Below, piece by piece: positions 9,472-19,417 of a stretch of 64,000 nt of DNA (position 1 is its first letter; each line of letters begins with the position of its first letter). The DNA comes from a virus, in IMG/VR virus record IMGVR_UViG_3300042453_002958, positions 1-64,000 of that record; one strand, written 5' to 3'. Below the pieces are notes generated by a model. The model worked only from the letters and a program-made list of their open reading frames with translations, made no database searches and had not been told where the DNA came from. Both the position numbers and the translations under genes were made by a program.

Positions 9472-12400
9472 TGCCCGCGTTCCTGACCAACACCTCGAGC
9501 GACTGCTGCTGCCCGGAAATGCGGTGCTGCGCGCCGCAAACGGTCGTCGCGACGCCCGGAGGATGGGCCGGGACCAGTATGTCCATCTGGGTGCAGCGAA
9601 TCTACGGCGAAAGCGCACCCGCGCCCCTGCCGCAAGGATACGCCGACCTGTATATCGGCCCGCGTTCGTGCGCGTACGAGATGAACGCGCTCGGGTGCCA
9701 AGTCGAATACGAACTGGTATGGGACGGAACCAAGATGGTGGTGTCGGGCGACTCGATCTACCTAGGGTGCTACGACATCGTGTGGCCGGCGATCGCGTTC
9801 CCGCAAATGATCCCGTTCACGGACTACCAGTTCGAGAACTGCCCCCCCGGGCAAACTGCGGCCTCCGGCCTTGAGGGGCAGGTCTACGTCACTGGGTTCA
9901 ACGCCGACGCAGCGTTCGCAGCAAAATGCACCGAGCCGGAGACCGAGCTGCTGTGCGAAGCGCCGCCGGGTGGTGTCGACAGCATCGTCTACGGCCCCGC
10001 CGGCGGCCACTCCCAGCATCCCGGACGACGAACGTGGCTCAACGACTACAATAGCTCCTATGTCTGTCACCGCATCAAAGGCGACATGCGGCCGGAGTTT
10101 GTCGCCACCGTCAACCGCTCGACGCCCGCGACGCAAGCCGACATCGAAGCCCGGATAGTCTTCGATGTTTACTGCCGCCGCAACTGGGAGTTCTCCGTCG
10201 CATGCAACGACTACATCGTCCCTAGCTTGTCGTGCGCGGTAAGCGATGATCCGCCAGAAAACCCGCCAGCCGGGTCGTGGTTTTGCATCGACTACCGATG
10301 CGGGCCGCGGTTCCCGGACGCCTCCACTGGATCGGTGACGATCTGCGAGCAGCACAAATGCACCGCCCAGGACGGGACGGTGTGGCCCCACCTGATCCCG
10401 ATTTCTCTGACGCAGAACTACACGGCCACGCTCAAGCTGGAGCTCGTGCCCGGCGCCAACTGGACGCCCGGAGCGAACTACGGACTCGTCGGCCCTGACA
10501 CCTACCAAGCCGCCAAGGGCGCCCAGGCGGTGTGGTGGAGGGTCGGCGGCGTCGAGATCATCGCAAAGGGGACCGGCTACGAAGTCGGCGAATCGTTCGA
10601 GGTGGACTTCGATCCGTTCTGGATCCAGCAACTCACCGGGCGCGAAATCAACGTCGGATTCCCGGACTTCGATGTTGGCTGCGCGTCGCCGCTCGTCTGG
10701 CGCGACAAGTACGGGGAGCCGCCCGCCGTCGATGGCCTAGGCGTGAAGCGGTATTTCCAGCGACTGCGGGTGATGCAGGTCGACGACGATGGTGGCATCG
10801 AAGAGCTCGAGATTGTGCCGTGGTTTCAAAACCCGGAGTTCGTTCCAGGGTCGTGCAGCCCAATCACCAATCAGGCCGCAAAAACCAAGCACTACCCGGG
10901 ATACATGCGGGTCATCTGTCACCCCAACAGCGTCGACATCGGAGGGACCGGGTACGCAATCGGCGACTCGATCACGTTTACACCGCTTTCCCCCGCCGTC
11001 GAAACGCACGCGCCCGCCGTCGCCACGGTGGTCGATGTCGATGACGATGGGGCCGTGCTCGATTGGAGGGTCAACGGATCCGACATCTACTACTACGGCT
11101 ACGGGGCCGGGAATCAAAACTGCTACCTGCTCTCCGCTGACGAACGCGGAGCGTATCGGTGGCCTGACAAAACCGACCTCTGCTATCTGCACTGGGAAGG
11201 CGTCGGCGTCCCGGTGCGGCAAACCGACCTCGTCGCGGCCGCCGGCTTTTTCGTGAACACGGGCGGGCTCACCCAAACAAGCGTCACCGTGAGCCGGGTT
11301 CCGTGTCGAACGGCAATCAGCGTCGTCGTCGACTCCTACCGATACCAGCAGCTTGGGTTTCTTGGCGAAGCTGATTCGCCAGAGGGCGCCCAACAGTATC
11401 GGCTACTCAAAAAATACCCGCCGTATCCCAGATGCCCGGGTGGCGGCGCGCAAATCTTTCCCATCATCGGCGACGACGGCGGAAACGAAAGCGCGATCGG
11501 CGGCCCTCTGGTCGGCGGCGAAGTGAAGTCCGGCGGCGGCTACTACGCATTCGCCGACGTGGAGCACGTTGCCCCCACGCTGCCGACCGCCATTCCTGAC
11601 ATCGAAGACGGCTCGGGGGCCATGATCGGCGCGTTCACGTTCGGCGAAGTGCTGAACTTCCCGCAACCAGACTACGCCGACGGCGAAAAGCGCGAGCCGC
11701 CGGCTCGCCGGTTCGCCTACTTCCCGGTCACGGCCGCAAGCATCGCCAACGGCGGGTCCGGCTACCTTGTCGGCCAGGAGTTCGACGTTGCGCCGGTTGC
11801 CGGGGTGCAATGGTCGCACCCGTGGCGAAACTCTGGCGGCGACAACCCCGATCGCGTCGCCAACGGGGCGTGGTATCAGGCGCAAAACCTCACCGCGTCC
11901 GGGCACGTCCCCATCGAAACCACCGTCAACGGGGTGGTGACAATCGACGAAAACTTCGACCACCAGCCGTCCCTATGCCGGCTACGCGTGTCGGAAGTCG
12001 ACGAAGACGGCGCCATCACCGAGCTCGAGGTGTTGCACGGCGGGCTGATGTTCCGGCCGACGTGGTCATCGGGGGTGCGACATCCTGACGTGTACGTCGT
12101 TGTGGGAAGCGACACCGGCGACGGCGCAAGGGCCACGGTCGCGATCAACACGACCAGAACTAGCCCCACGTTCGGCGAAGTCACGGGATGTACGATCGTG
12201 TCGATTCCGGTCGAGGACCGCGCCGACCCTCTGCACTCCACGCCCGGAAATCCGGTCGCGTTTCCGCTTGGTGGCCGCGACTACGCCAACCCCGCGTCGG
12301 GAATGATGTGGGAGCTGCAAAACATGCAAATCGGCAGCACCTTCGGCGGCGCGCCGGCCTCGCTGCTGTCCTATGTGCCGTGGCATGGATGGGTCCACGA

Positions 12401-12938
12401 CGCCTACCACGACGAAAACTCGACGCACGACCTCATCCAAGGAAGCCACCCGCCGTTTCACCGCCGCGCCGAACATTGCACCCTCAATGAGTGCTACCAC
12501 TCGCTCCTAAACAGGTCGTACCCGATGTATCGCCTGTGGACGGGGATGTCTGTGAACGGGCCATACGGTCAAGGCGGCGCGCCGGGGGCGATAGGAACTC
12601 CAGACAGGGTCGAAAGCACCAACCTGTGCGACCAGGGGCAAGGACTAAACTCCTTGTCGCCGCTGCCGTCCGGCAGCCAGTTCGTCAACGGCAACCCAAA
12701 AGGCGCGTATGGCCTCTATCGACTCAAAGGCAAGGTGTCGACGGTCTACGCGCCGGGGCCGGAAGGCGTCGAGTGTGACACTTTCAACTACGAACAGTGG
12801 CGGCAACCATTCAACGGCCCGACGGCGCAAGTCGGCGACTACGTCGTGATCGAGCACGGCTACACCGTATCGCTGTCTGCCGTGATTCCGGTCTATCCCA
12901 ACTGCCCCGACCACGATGACGGGAGGGTGCTGCCGTGA
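9471..12938 (+). CDS. Large Cys-rich tail tip/receptor-binding protein
   Basis: About 1155 aa; N-terminal CCC...CC; repeated G(T/S)GY..G and VDDDG.I modules. Confidence 0.55.
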   Translation: MPAFLTNTSSDCCCPEMRCCAPQTVVATPGGWAGTSMSIWVQRIYGESAPAPLPQGYADLYIGPRSCAYEMNALGCQVEYELVWDGTKMVVSGDSIYLGCYDIVWPAIAFPQMIPFTDYQFENCPPGQTAASGLEGQVYVTGFNADAAFAAKCTEPETELLCEAPPGGVDSIVYGPAGGHSQHPGRRTWLNDYNSSYVCHRIKGDMRPEFVATVNRSTPATQADIEARIVFDVYCRRNWEFSVACNDYIVPSLSCAVSDDPPENPPAGSWFCIDYRCGPRFPDASTGSVTICEQHKCTAQDGTVWPHLIPISLTQNYTATLKLELVPGANWTPGANYGLVGPDTYQAAKGAQAVWWRVGGVEIIAKGTGYEVGESFEVDFDPFWIQQLTGREINVGFPDFDVGCASPLVWRDKYGEPPAVDGLGVKRYFQRLRVMQVDDDGGIEELEIVPWFQNPEFVPGSCSPITNQAAKTKHYPGYMRVICHPNSVDIGGTGYAIGDSITFTPLSPAVETHAPAVATVVDVDDDGAVLDWRVNGSDIYYYGYGAGNQNCYLLSADERGAYRWPDKTDLCYLHWEGVGVPVRQTDLVAAAGFFVNTGGLTQTSVTVSRVPCRTAISVVVDSYRYQQLGFLGEADSPEGAQQYRLLKKYPPYPRCPGGGAQIFPIIGDDGGNESAIGGPLVGGEVKSGGGYYAFADVEHVAPTLPTAIPDIEDGSGAMIGAFTFGEVLNFPQPDYADGEKREPPARRFAYFPVTAASIANGGSGYLVGQEFDVAPVAGVQWSHPWRNSGGDNPDRVANGAWYQAQNLTASGHVPIETTVNGVVTIDENFDHQPSLCRLRVSEVDEDGAITELEVLHGGLMFRPTWSSGVRHPDVYVVVGSDTGDGARATVAINTTRTSPTFGEVTGCTIVSIPVEDRADPLHSTPGNPVAFPLGGRDYANPASGMMWELQNMQIGSTFGGAPASLLSYVPWHGWVHDAYHDENSTHDLIQGSHPPFHRRAEHCTLNECYHSLLNRSYPMYRLWTGMSVNGPYGQGGAPGAIGTPDRVESTNLCDQGQGLNSLSPLPSGSQFVNGNPKGAYGLYRLKGKVSTVYAPGPEGVECDTFNYEQWRQPFNGPTAQVGDYVVIEHGYTVSLSAVIPVYPNCPDHDDGRVLP

Positions 12939-13447
12939 AAACTGCGTCCGTGTTCTGCCAGTGGCAGGAATCCGAGTCGCTGTGGACGTGCTCCCAGTGC
13001 GGGGCGCAAGTCGCCAAGGCCGCGATCCCGTCGCGGCCTCTCGCCGCGTGTCGCGTAGGAGCAGACGCCAACGGAATACCGTTCCGCTCGATTGCCGATG
13101 CCCGCCGCGACCCCAAGGTTTTCGAGCGGCTCACCACGGGGCCGGGAACCGAGCTCAAGAAACTGCTCGCGGCGTTTGGCATCCGCGCAACCGGCACCTG
13201 CCCGTGCAATCAGTACGCGGTGCAGATGAACGTGTGGGGGCCGGACCAATGCGAAAGCCGAATCGAACAAATCGTGCAGTGGCTTCGCGACGAAGCCGCG
13301 CGTAGACATCTGCCGTTCGCGGCATTCGCTGCGCGACGGCTCATCACACTCGCGATCCGAAACGCCAGAAGGGCTACCGACGACACACCCGCGGCCACGG
13401 ACGGCCGCACACCAACGCCAGGAGGGCCGGATGACACGCAAAGGTGA
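12935..13447 (+). CDS. Cys-rich putative Zn-binding protein
   Basis: CSQC, CPC; positional counterpart of 47489-47899. Confidence 0.5.
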   Translation: MKTASVFCQWQESESLWTCSQCGAQVAKAAIPSRPLAACRVGADANGIPFRSIADARRDPKVFERLTTGPGTELKKLLAAFGIRATGTCPCNQYAVQMNVWGPDQCESRIEQIVQWLRDEAARRHLPFAAFAARRLITLAIRNARRATDDTPAATDGRTPTPGGPDDTQR

Positions 13448-14453
13448 GCTAGGCGGCGACGACATCACGGCCATGGCGCGGCAGCTGGCGGCAACGCACC
13501 CCGACGCGCCGGTCAAGACGCTCGCGCGGCGGCTGGTCAAAGAGTGCAACGGCGCCATAACGCTGACGGCGGCCGAGCGCCGTATCGCGAGGCAGTTCGG
13601 CCGGTCTGGCGAGCGCAGCCGAAAGCAGATGGCCGGCACGGCCGTCGCGATGCGACCCGCGCGAGAAAGCGGATGGACGCCCGAAATGCCGCCAAGCAAG
13701 GCGGACCGCTGGGAACCCTACCGGCTCGAGGCCACCGGGGTCGTGGGAGTGCTGTCCGACATTCACGTCCCCTATCACGACGAGGTCGCTCTCCGGGCCG
13801 CGGTCGACCAGCTGCGGGGCGACCGGGTCGACGCGCTCGTGCTCAACGGCGACATCGCCGACTTCTATTCGATCAGCCGATACACGCGAAACCCCAAAAA
13901 ACGCAACTTCCGCGGCGAAGTCGACGCGGTGCGCGAAATGCTCGGCTGGATCCGCCAACAGTTCCGCGACATACCGATCGTGTTCAAGGCCGGAAATCAT
14001 GAAGAGCGCTGGAACGTGTGGCTTTGGAATCACGCCCCGGAAATCAGCGACGACCCGCGCACGAGCCTCGACCAATGGCTGGGCATGGACGACCACGGCA
14101 TCACGTTCGTCGACGACCAGCGGCCGATCATGGCCGGCGAGCTGCCGATCCTCCACGGCCATGAGAAGGGAAAGGGCATCACGGCCCCGGTCAATCAGGC
14201 CCGGGGCGCGTTCCTGCGACTCCACCACACCGTGCTCGAGGGCCACGGCCACCGGACGAGCGCACACTGCGAGCCGGATATGTTCGGCCGGGAAGTGTTT
14301 TGCTGGAGTACCGGGTGCCTTTGCGACCTGCGGCCGGAGTACGCCCGACTCAACAAGTTTAACCACGGATTCGCCAGCGTCCGCGTCCAGGCCGACGGGC
14401 AGTTCGACGTGTCAAACTTCCGCATTGCAAACGGAAAGGTCCGGTCGTCATGA
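13431..14453 (+). CDS. Calcineurin-like metallophosphoesterase
   Basis: SDIH, NGDIAD, GNHE, HGH, GHGH motifs. Confidence 0.9.
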   Translation: MTRKGELGGDDITAMARQLAATHPDAPVKTLARRLVKECNGAITLTAAERRIARQFGRSGERSRKQMAGTAVAMRPARESGWTPEMPPSKADRWEPYRLEATGVVGVLSDIHVPYHDEVALRAAVDQLRGDRVDALVLNGDIADFYSISRYTRNPKKRNFRGEVDAVREMLGWIRQQFRDIPIVFKAGNHEERWNVWLWNHAPEISDDPRTSLDQWLGMDDHGITFVDDQRPIMAGELPILHGHEKGKGITAPVNQARGAFLRLHHTVLEGHGHRTSAHCEPDMFGREVFCWSTGCLCDLRPEYARLNKFNHGFASVRVQADGQFDVSNFRIANGKVRSS

Positions 14454-14842
14454 GCGCCCCTGCCGTCACTCGACCGTGGGTCTACATCGCCAGCCCCTAC
14501 ACGAAGGGCGACGCCGCGATCAACACGCGGTTCCAAATGCGGATATGGGACGTGCTCTTCGACCTAGGCGTGGTGCCGATCGCTCCGCTCTGGAGCCACT
14601 TTCAGCACCTGCACAACCCCCGTCCCTATGGCGATTGGGTGGCCTACGATAACGAAATCATCGCCCGGTGCGATGCATGCCTGCGGATGACGGCGACCGA
14701 CGAAGCCACCGGCTACCGGCAGCACGAATCATCGGGCGCGGATGCCGAAGTGCGACTGTTCGAGGCGATGGGAAAACCCGTGTTCCACGACTTCTACTCG
14801 CTCAAGCAATGGATCGACGCCCTCGCGGAGTCGTGCGCATGA
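14450..14842 (+). CDS. Nucleoside 2-deoxyribosyltransferase-like (DUF4406/DUF1937-type) protein
   Basis: VYIASPYT...CDA...ESSGADAE...GKPVF. Confidence 0.7.
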   Translation: MSAPAVTRPWVYIASPYTKGDAAINTRFQMRIWDVLFDLGVVPIAPLWSHFQHLHNPRPYGDWVAYDNEIIARCDACLRMTATDEATGYRQHESSGADAEVRLFEAMGKPVFHDFYSLKQWIDALAESCA

Positions 14843-15399
14843 AAATCATCGGGTTCGCGGGCCGGATCGGATCGGGCAAGACGCTTGCGGCGTCCATGAT
14901 CCCCGACGCCCACTGCCTGCAATGGGCCGACCCCATCTATCGCGGGCTCGCCGCGATGCTGTCGATCCCGGACGAAGTGCTCCGCGACCGGGCGCAGAAA
15001 GAGCGGTTCCTCGACGTGGGCGGCCTGGACGTGGTGCCGCGCGACCTGCTTCGGACGCTCGGCACCGAGTGGGGCCGCGCGCTCGTCCACCCGGACATCT
15101 GGGTCACGCTGACGATGGACCGGATCGACACGCTCGCCGACGCGATCGGGGCGGACGCGTTCGCCGTCTGCGGGACACGATTCCCGAACGAAGTGAAGGC
15201 GATCCGCGAGCGTGGCGGCGAAGTCTGGTGGGTCGACCGCCCCGGCGTCGCAGTCGGCACGCACTCGAGCGACTTTCAGATCGGCCCGGACGACTGCGAC
15301 GACATCATCCGAAACACGGGCACGGTAGGCCAGCTGCGGCACCGCGTGCTCGGAGCGTATGCAGCGTACTCCGGAAGGGCGGCATGTCGGGCTTCCTGA
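14839..15399 (+). CDS. Deoxynucleoside monophosphate kinase
   Basis: IIGFAGRIGSGKT P-loop, LRTLGTEWGR, RFPNE. Confidence 0.9.
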   Translation: MKIIGFAGRIGSGKTLAASMIPDAHCLQWADPIYRGLAAMLSIPDEVLRDRAQKERFLDVGGLDVVPRDLLRTLGTEWGRALVHPDIWVTLTMDRIDTLADAIGADAFAVCGTRFPNEVKAIRERGGEVWWVDRPGVAVGTHSSDFQIGPDDCDDIIRNTGTVGQLRHRVLGAYAAYSGRAACRAS

Positions 15400-15530
15400 T
15401 CGCGGTGACGGGCGTCATCTACGCCTATGTTTCAATGGATCTGGCCTACCACGACAAGCCGGGTTTGGCCATTGCCTACGCCGGCTACGCGTTCGCCAAT
15501 ATCGGCCTCTATCTCGCCGCCACGAGGTGA
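15384..15530 (+). CDS. Small two-TM membrane protein
   Basis: 48 aa hydrophobic ORF filling the gap, overlapping the upstream stop. Confidence 0.5.
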   Translation: MSGFLIAVTGVIYAYVSMDLAYHDKPGLAIAYAGYAFANIGLYLAATR

Positions 15531-15533
15531 CGC

Positions 15534-16178
15534 ATGATTGATCGACTGACGCCCGACGCCGCCGCCTACGTCGTCGCCGCGATGGCGGAAATGCACGCGG
15601 CCGGAGTCAATGTCACGCTCGCCGACGAAGACAGCAAAGCATACGGCGGCAAGCTCGGCGGCTACTTTGACGAAGACGGGCCGACGTTCTTCGTCGCCAC
15701 GGCGGTCTCGCCGCAAGTCTGGCTGTCCGTGTTCATCCACGAGCACCAGCACTACCGGCAATGGCGGGCAAACTCCCCGACCTGGACGGCGCGGCTCGGG
15801 GAAGACTGCTGCGCGTGGTACCTGTTCGACGCGTGGCTCCAGGGGGTCGTCGAGCTGACGCCGCAGCAACGCGACAACGCGATCCGGCTGATCCTTGAGT
15901 GCGAGCGCGAATGCGAGACGATGGTGCTGTCAGAGCTCGAGGCCCGGCCAGGGCTCGGGCTGACGCTCGATTGGTACCACCGAGCGGCCAACGTCTACCT
16001 CGCGTGGTACGGCGTCTGCCGCCTGACGCGGCAGTGGTACCAGCGCTCCCCCTACGCCGACGACGAGCTCGTCTCCCTGATGCCGGCGGACCGGCTGCTG
16101 ACGGTCGAGGAGGCGATCCGGCCGACGCCGGCCGTGCTCGGGGCGATCGCGGCCAAGGTGTTCGCGGACGTGGCATGA
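15534..16178 (+). CDS. HEXXH zinc metallopeptidase-like protein
   Basis: FIHEHQH plus downstream E (ECERECE). Confidence 0.55.
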   Translation: MIDRLTPDAAAYVVAAMAEMHAAGVNVTLADEDSKAYGGKLGGYFDEDGPTFFVATAVSPQVWLSVFIHEHQHYRQWRANSPTWTARLGEDCCAWYLFDAWLQGVVELTPQQRDNAIRLILECERECETMVLSELEARPGLGLTLDWYHRAANVYLAWYGVCRLTRQWYQRSPYADDELVSLMPADRLLTVEEAIRPTPAVLGAIAAKVFADVA

Positions 16179-16191
16179 CAACGGTAGTTCA

Positions 16192-17094
16192 TCACGCCGC
16201 CGGGTTTCCCGGGGGGTGGTCGTCGGGCCGGATCCGCGGCAAGAGCTCCCACGGCTTCGGCTGGCGGGCTCCGGTGATCCGGGGGTCCAGGTAGCTCTCC
16301 CGCGTGATCGAGTCTGAGGAATGCCCCAGATACGCCGTGGCGTCGCCCCCGGCGGCATCCAGGTGGCTCGCCGTGCTCTTCCGAAGGACGTGGAACTGGA
16401 CATCCCTTCCGTCGCCAAGCCCGGCCCGCCGTGTGAGCGTCTTCCACCGCTTGCGAAGGGCGGTCATCGTGGCGCCCCAAAAAAACACCCGCTCGGCCCG
16501 GTGGTGCCGCAGCATGTCGTCCACCATGTCGCAGACCCACGGCGGCAGTTCGTAGGCGCGTTCCTGCCGCTTCCCCTTGCGAGTGTGCGGAGGCACGACC
16601 AACCACGGCCGCCTCCAGTTGTCGCGGGTGATCGCCAGCGTGGCCGTGATCCGCTCGCCGCTGTAGAAGAGCACCGCGATAAGCGTCGGGAAAAACAGCT
16701 TCGCCGGCACCGGCCCGACCCATCCCGTGCTGCGCTCCGCGACCGCGAACAGCCGCGACAGCTCCGCTTCCGTCAACGCCCGCGGCGTCCGCTCGGGGAC
16801 GACCTCCGCGCTGACGCACGGCCGCAGCCTAACGATGCCGCGGGCCTGCGCCAGATTCCAGAGCGCCAGCAACCCCGACCGCTCGCGGGCCACGGACTCC
16901 GGCGCGAGCTTCTCGCCGCGTTTGGCAAGAAACTGGCTCACGCGCAGATCCTCAAAATCCTCGAGCACCGCCGGGCGGCCGAGCCACCGCGAAAACTGCG
17001 TGATCGCGTGCCGCAGCAGCCGGACCGACTCCGGGCTTCGGCCGCGGAGTTTGAGCGGAACGTAGATGTCCGCGAGAAACTGATCGAGCGTCAT
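16192..17094 (-). CDS. int: Tyrosine integrase
   Basis: SGER, RKGK, FHVLRKS, LGHS, SYLD catalytic motifs; GAGGGAGG RBS. Confidence 0.9.
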   Translation of the reverse strand: MTLDQFLADIYVPLKLRGRSPESVRLLRHAITQFSRWLGRPAVLEDFEDLRVSQFLAKRGEKLAPESVARERSGLLALWNLAQARGIVRLRPCVSAEVVPERTPRALTEAELSRLFAVAERSTGWVGPVPAKLFFPTLIAVLFYSGERITATLAITRDNWRRPWLVVPPHTRKGKRQERAYELPPWVCDMVDDMLRHHRAERVFFWGATMTALRKRWKTLTRRAGLGDGRDVQFHVLRKSTASHLDAAGGDATAYLGHSSDSITRESYLDPRITGARQPKPWELLPRIRPDDHPPGNPAA

Positions 17095-17202
17095 GGCGTG
17101 TCCTCCCTCGTGTGGGATATAGGTCACGCTTCCGTGCGGGGAATGCCCTTCCGTGCTGGGGTGTCGGCCGTGCCGGCTTTGCCGGTCGATCCGTCCGAGA
17201 AT

Positions 17203-17223
17203 GGTTCGGTCCCACCCCCGCCA
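17203..17223 (+). other. Putative attP core resembling a tRNA 3' end (Met-like)
   Basis: GGTTCGGTCCCACCCCCGCCA resembles T-arm plus acceptor strand; just upstream of int; no tRNA 5' half. Confidence 0.45.
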
Positions 17224-17296
17224 CTTTCAACCGTTGCGATCCCCGTCGGGGACGGCAACGCAGAATGCCCGGGAAACCGGGGCTAGTCTGTAGGGA

Positions 17297-17581
17297 ATGG
17301 AGCCCGCCATGCCAGCCCCGCGTGATCGACACCCGGGCGGACGGCCGCGGACGCGGGCGCCGTCGCCGCTGTTCGTTCGGATCGAATCCTTGGCACGGCG
17401 TAGGGGGCTTCGTCTCGACCAGCTAGCAGAAATCGCCGGCGTCGGCCGTGCAACGCTCTACCAGCTGAACGACCCGAAGGTGTCAACCGCCCGCGCGATC
17501 GCCGCAGCTCTCGGTGTGACGCTGGACCGTCTAACGCGAGACGAACCCGCCGCGAAGCCGCGCCGCCAACGGTCGGCGTGA
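17297..17581 (+). CDS. XRE-family HTH regulator (candidate repressor)
   Basis: LDQLAEIAGVGRATLYQL...PKVSTARAIAAALGVTLDRL. Confidence 0.85.
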   Translation: MEPAMPAPRDRHPGGRPRTRAPSPLFVRIESLARRRGLRLDQLAEIAGVGRATLYQLNDPKVSTARAIAAALGVTLDRLTRDEPAAKPRRQRSA

Positions 17582-17850
17582 TATGCGGCGGATGATAACG
17601 TCGGCCACTCGCGTCACGCGGCCGGGCAACGCGCGATCGGCGGGGTGATATGCGGCACACCCGCCGCTACGGGGAACCGCAGAAACAATGGTTCTCCAAT
17701 CGATGTATCGCCGGTGCCCACGCGGTTCGCAGTAACGGTTTATCCTTCCGCCCGCTGCCGCCCCGAGCGACGCATGATCGCCGTCGGGCATCTGAGCTAT
17801 CGCCGCCGGCGCGGCGTCATGACTCGTGTCGGATCGCATCGCTCGCGTCC

Positions 17851-18153
17851 TCACTTGTCCGCCATCTGGATCGAGTGCCGCGCCATGCGCTCCGGCTGGA
17901 TCCGCTTGAAGTAGACGACGAAGACAAGATTGCTCTCGCCGTGATTGCCCTGGAGCAACGCGCCTAACTCGGCCAGCCGCGTCGCGGCCCTCGTGTTGAA
18001 GCGGCGAAACGCGACGCGCAGAAACGTAGTCGGCGGGTCCGCGGCCTCGAACTGGTCGAGGAATATCTGCTCGGGCGCGTCGCGGTATCCGTCCGCGCGG
18101 TAGAGCTGCTCGGCCGCTTCGCGAATCTGCGCGGCTGTCAGTCCGGCAATCAT
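17851..18153 (-). CDS. Hypothetical protein
   Basis: GGAGGG RBS; divergent from early operon. Confidence 0.45.
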   Translation of the reverse strand: MIAGLTAAQIREAAEQLYRADGYRDAPEQIFLDQFEAADPPTTFLRVAFRRFNTRAATRLAELGALLQGNHGESNLVFVVYFKRIQPERMARHSIQMADK

Positions 18154-18215
18154 TGGTCCCTCCATGCCGTGGCGGCCGTGATTCTAGCGGTTTGTCCGTT
18201 CTGTGGAAAACCCTC

Positions 18216-18243
18216 TTGACGCGATTGTCCGTGCGCCATAAAA
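18216..18243 (+). promoter_or_regulatory. Putative early rightward sigma70 promoter
   Basis: AACCCTC-TTGACG context also seen at 61153-61165; -10 weak (CATAAA). Confidence 0.4.
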
Positions 18244-18584
18244 CCCCTCCCCGTGACGCCCAACGTGGGCATCGCCGCGACGCTCACGCGATCGCGAAAA
18301 CGGACTTCTCAGGCGAGGGACTGCCACATGACCGCCACCAGCAATCGCGTGGCGTCCCGCATCGACAAGGGACGCACGAATGCGAAACCGAATCGCGGGA
18401 CTGACGACACCGGAGCACGATTCGCTCGACGATGGGCCGCTCGACGATCAGGCGGCCATGGAGTTCGCCCGCTGGACCCCGTCGCAGCGGCGGCTACGCA
18501 GGATGTTCGCACGGATGCAACGTCGGAGGATCCGACGGATTCTGCGGATGCACTCGGCCCCGGTCGCCATGGAGGGCGCCCGGG

Positions 18585-18779
18585 ATGCTGAGGCTACGCC
18601 GCAGAGTGGGCGAGCGGATCGTCGTCATCCCGCCGGACTCCGGGCCGATCCGTGTGACGGTCGTGGAAGTGGACGGGGGCAAAGTGTGGATCGGAGTGGA
18701 CGCCGACGCGGACACGAAGATCTACCGCGAAGAGGTATACCGACGAGTGCTCGAGGAGCGACAGCAGCCGCAGGAATGA
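18585..18779 (+). CDS. csrA: Carbon storage regulator CsrA/RsmA-like RNA-binding protein
   Basis: MLRLRRRVGERIVV...V.IGVDA...IYREEV. Confidence 0.85.
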   Translation: MLRLRRRVGERIVVIPPDSGPIRVTVVEVDGGKVWIGVDADADTKIYREEVYRRVLEERQQPQE

Positions 18780-19039
18780 TGCCGATGGGTTGCATCGCTG
18801 GCGACGCCATGCCGGGCGACGCGGAGGCGGCGGGGGCCGCGGCCGAAATCGCCGAGCAGGCCGGACTGTGCCGCGGGGATCTGGTGCTGTTCTTCGACGC
18901 TGAACGCGGGTTTCGCCAGCTCACCGCGGCATGGGTGATCCAGGTGACGACGCGCGGAGATGTCGTCGTCGAAACGTGCCTGGAGCGGTGCGAGCTGCTC
19001 GTGTCGGCCAGCCAGATCGCGCGGAGGATCCCGTCGTGA
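18776..19039 (+). CDS. Hypothetical protein
   Basis: ATGA-coupled to csrA. Confidence 0.5.
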   Translation: MMPMGCIAGDAMPGDAEAAGAAAEIAEQAGLCRGDLVLFFDAERGFRQLTAAWVIQVTTRGDVVVETCLERCELLVSASQIARRIPS

Positions 19040-19263
19040 AGCAACTCAACCGATCGGCGAGGGTGAGCCGGCGGCCAGCGGACGCTGCCGCGTGGATGCG
19101 AGCCCGGGTGTGGCGTCTGGTGCAGGCCGTGCGGCAGCTGCACGAGTCGGAAGTCTGCGTGTCCGCGAAGACCTACCGACAGGATCCGATGCTCCGAATG
19201 CTGGTCCGCGACACCGCGGACGAAATCGCGGCCGAGCTCCGCGTGCAAGGGGGGCCACTGTGA
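19036..19263 (+). CDS. Hypothetical protein, homolog of 62301-62528
   Basis: ARVWRLVQAV...LRMLVRD vs ARACRLLRAV...LRMVRE. Confidence 0.55.
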   Translation: MKQLNRSARVSRRPADAAAWMRARVWRLVQAVRQLHESEVCVSAKTYRQDPMLRMLVRDTADEIAAELRVQGGPL

Positions 19264-19417
19264 TGACCGCGTGTTTCGTGGCCGGGATCGCCGTCGGCGT
19301 CGGATGCACCGCTCTGGCGGTGGTGTTCGGCGCGGTGACGGCGTGCTGCTCGCGACGTAGCGATCGGCACTGGGACTGTGTTCGTGACCAACTGTTTTCC
19401 CACGATGGAGGTGAGCG

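Noticed and set aside
15534-16178. ImmA/IrrE antirepressor protease
   Set aside because: Only HEXXH supports it; it ends the late-strand run and is not co-oriented with int or adjacent to the repressor
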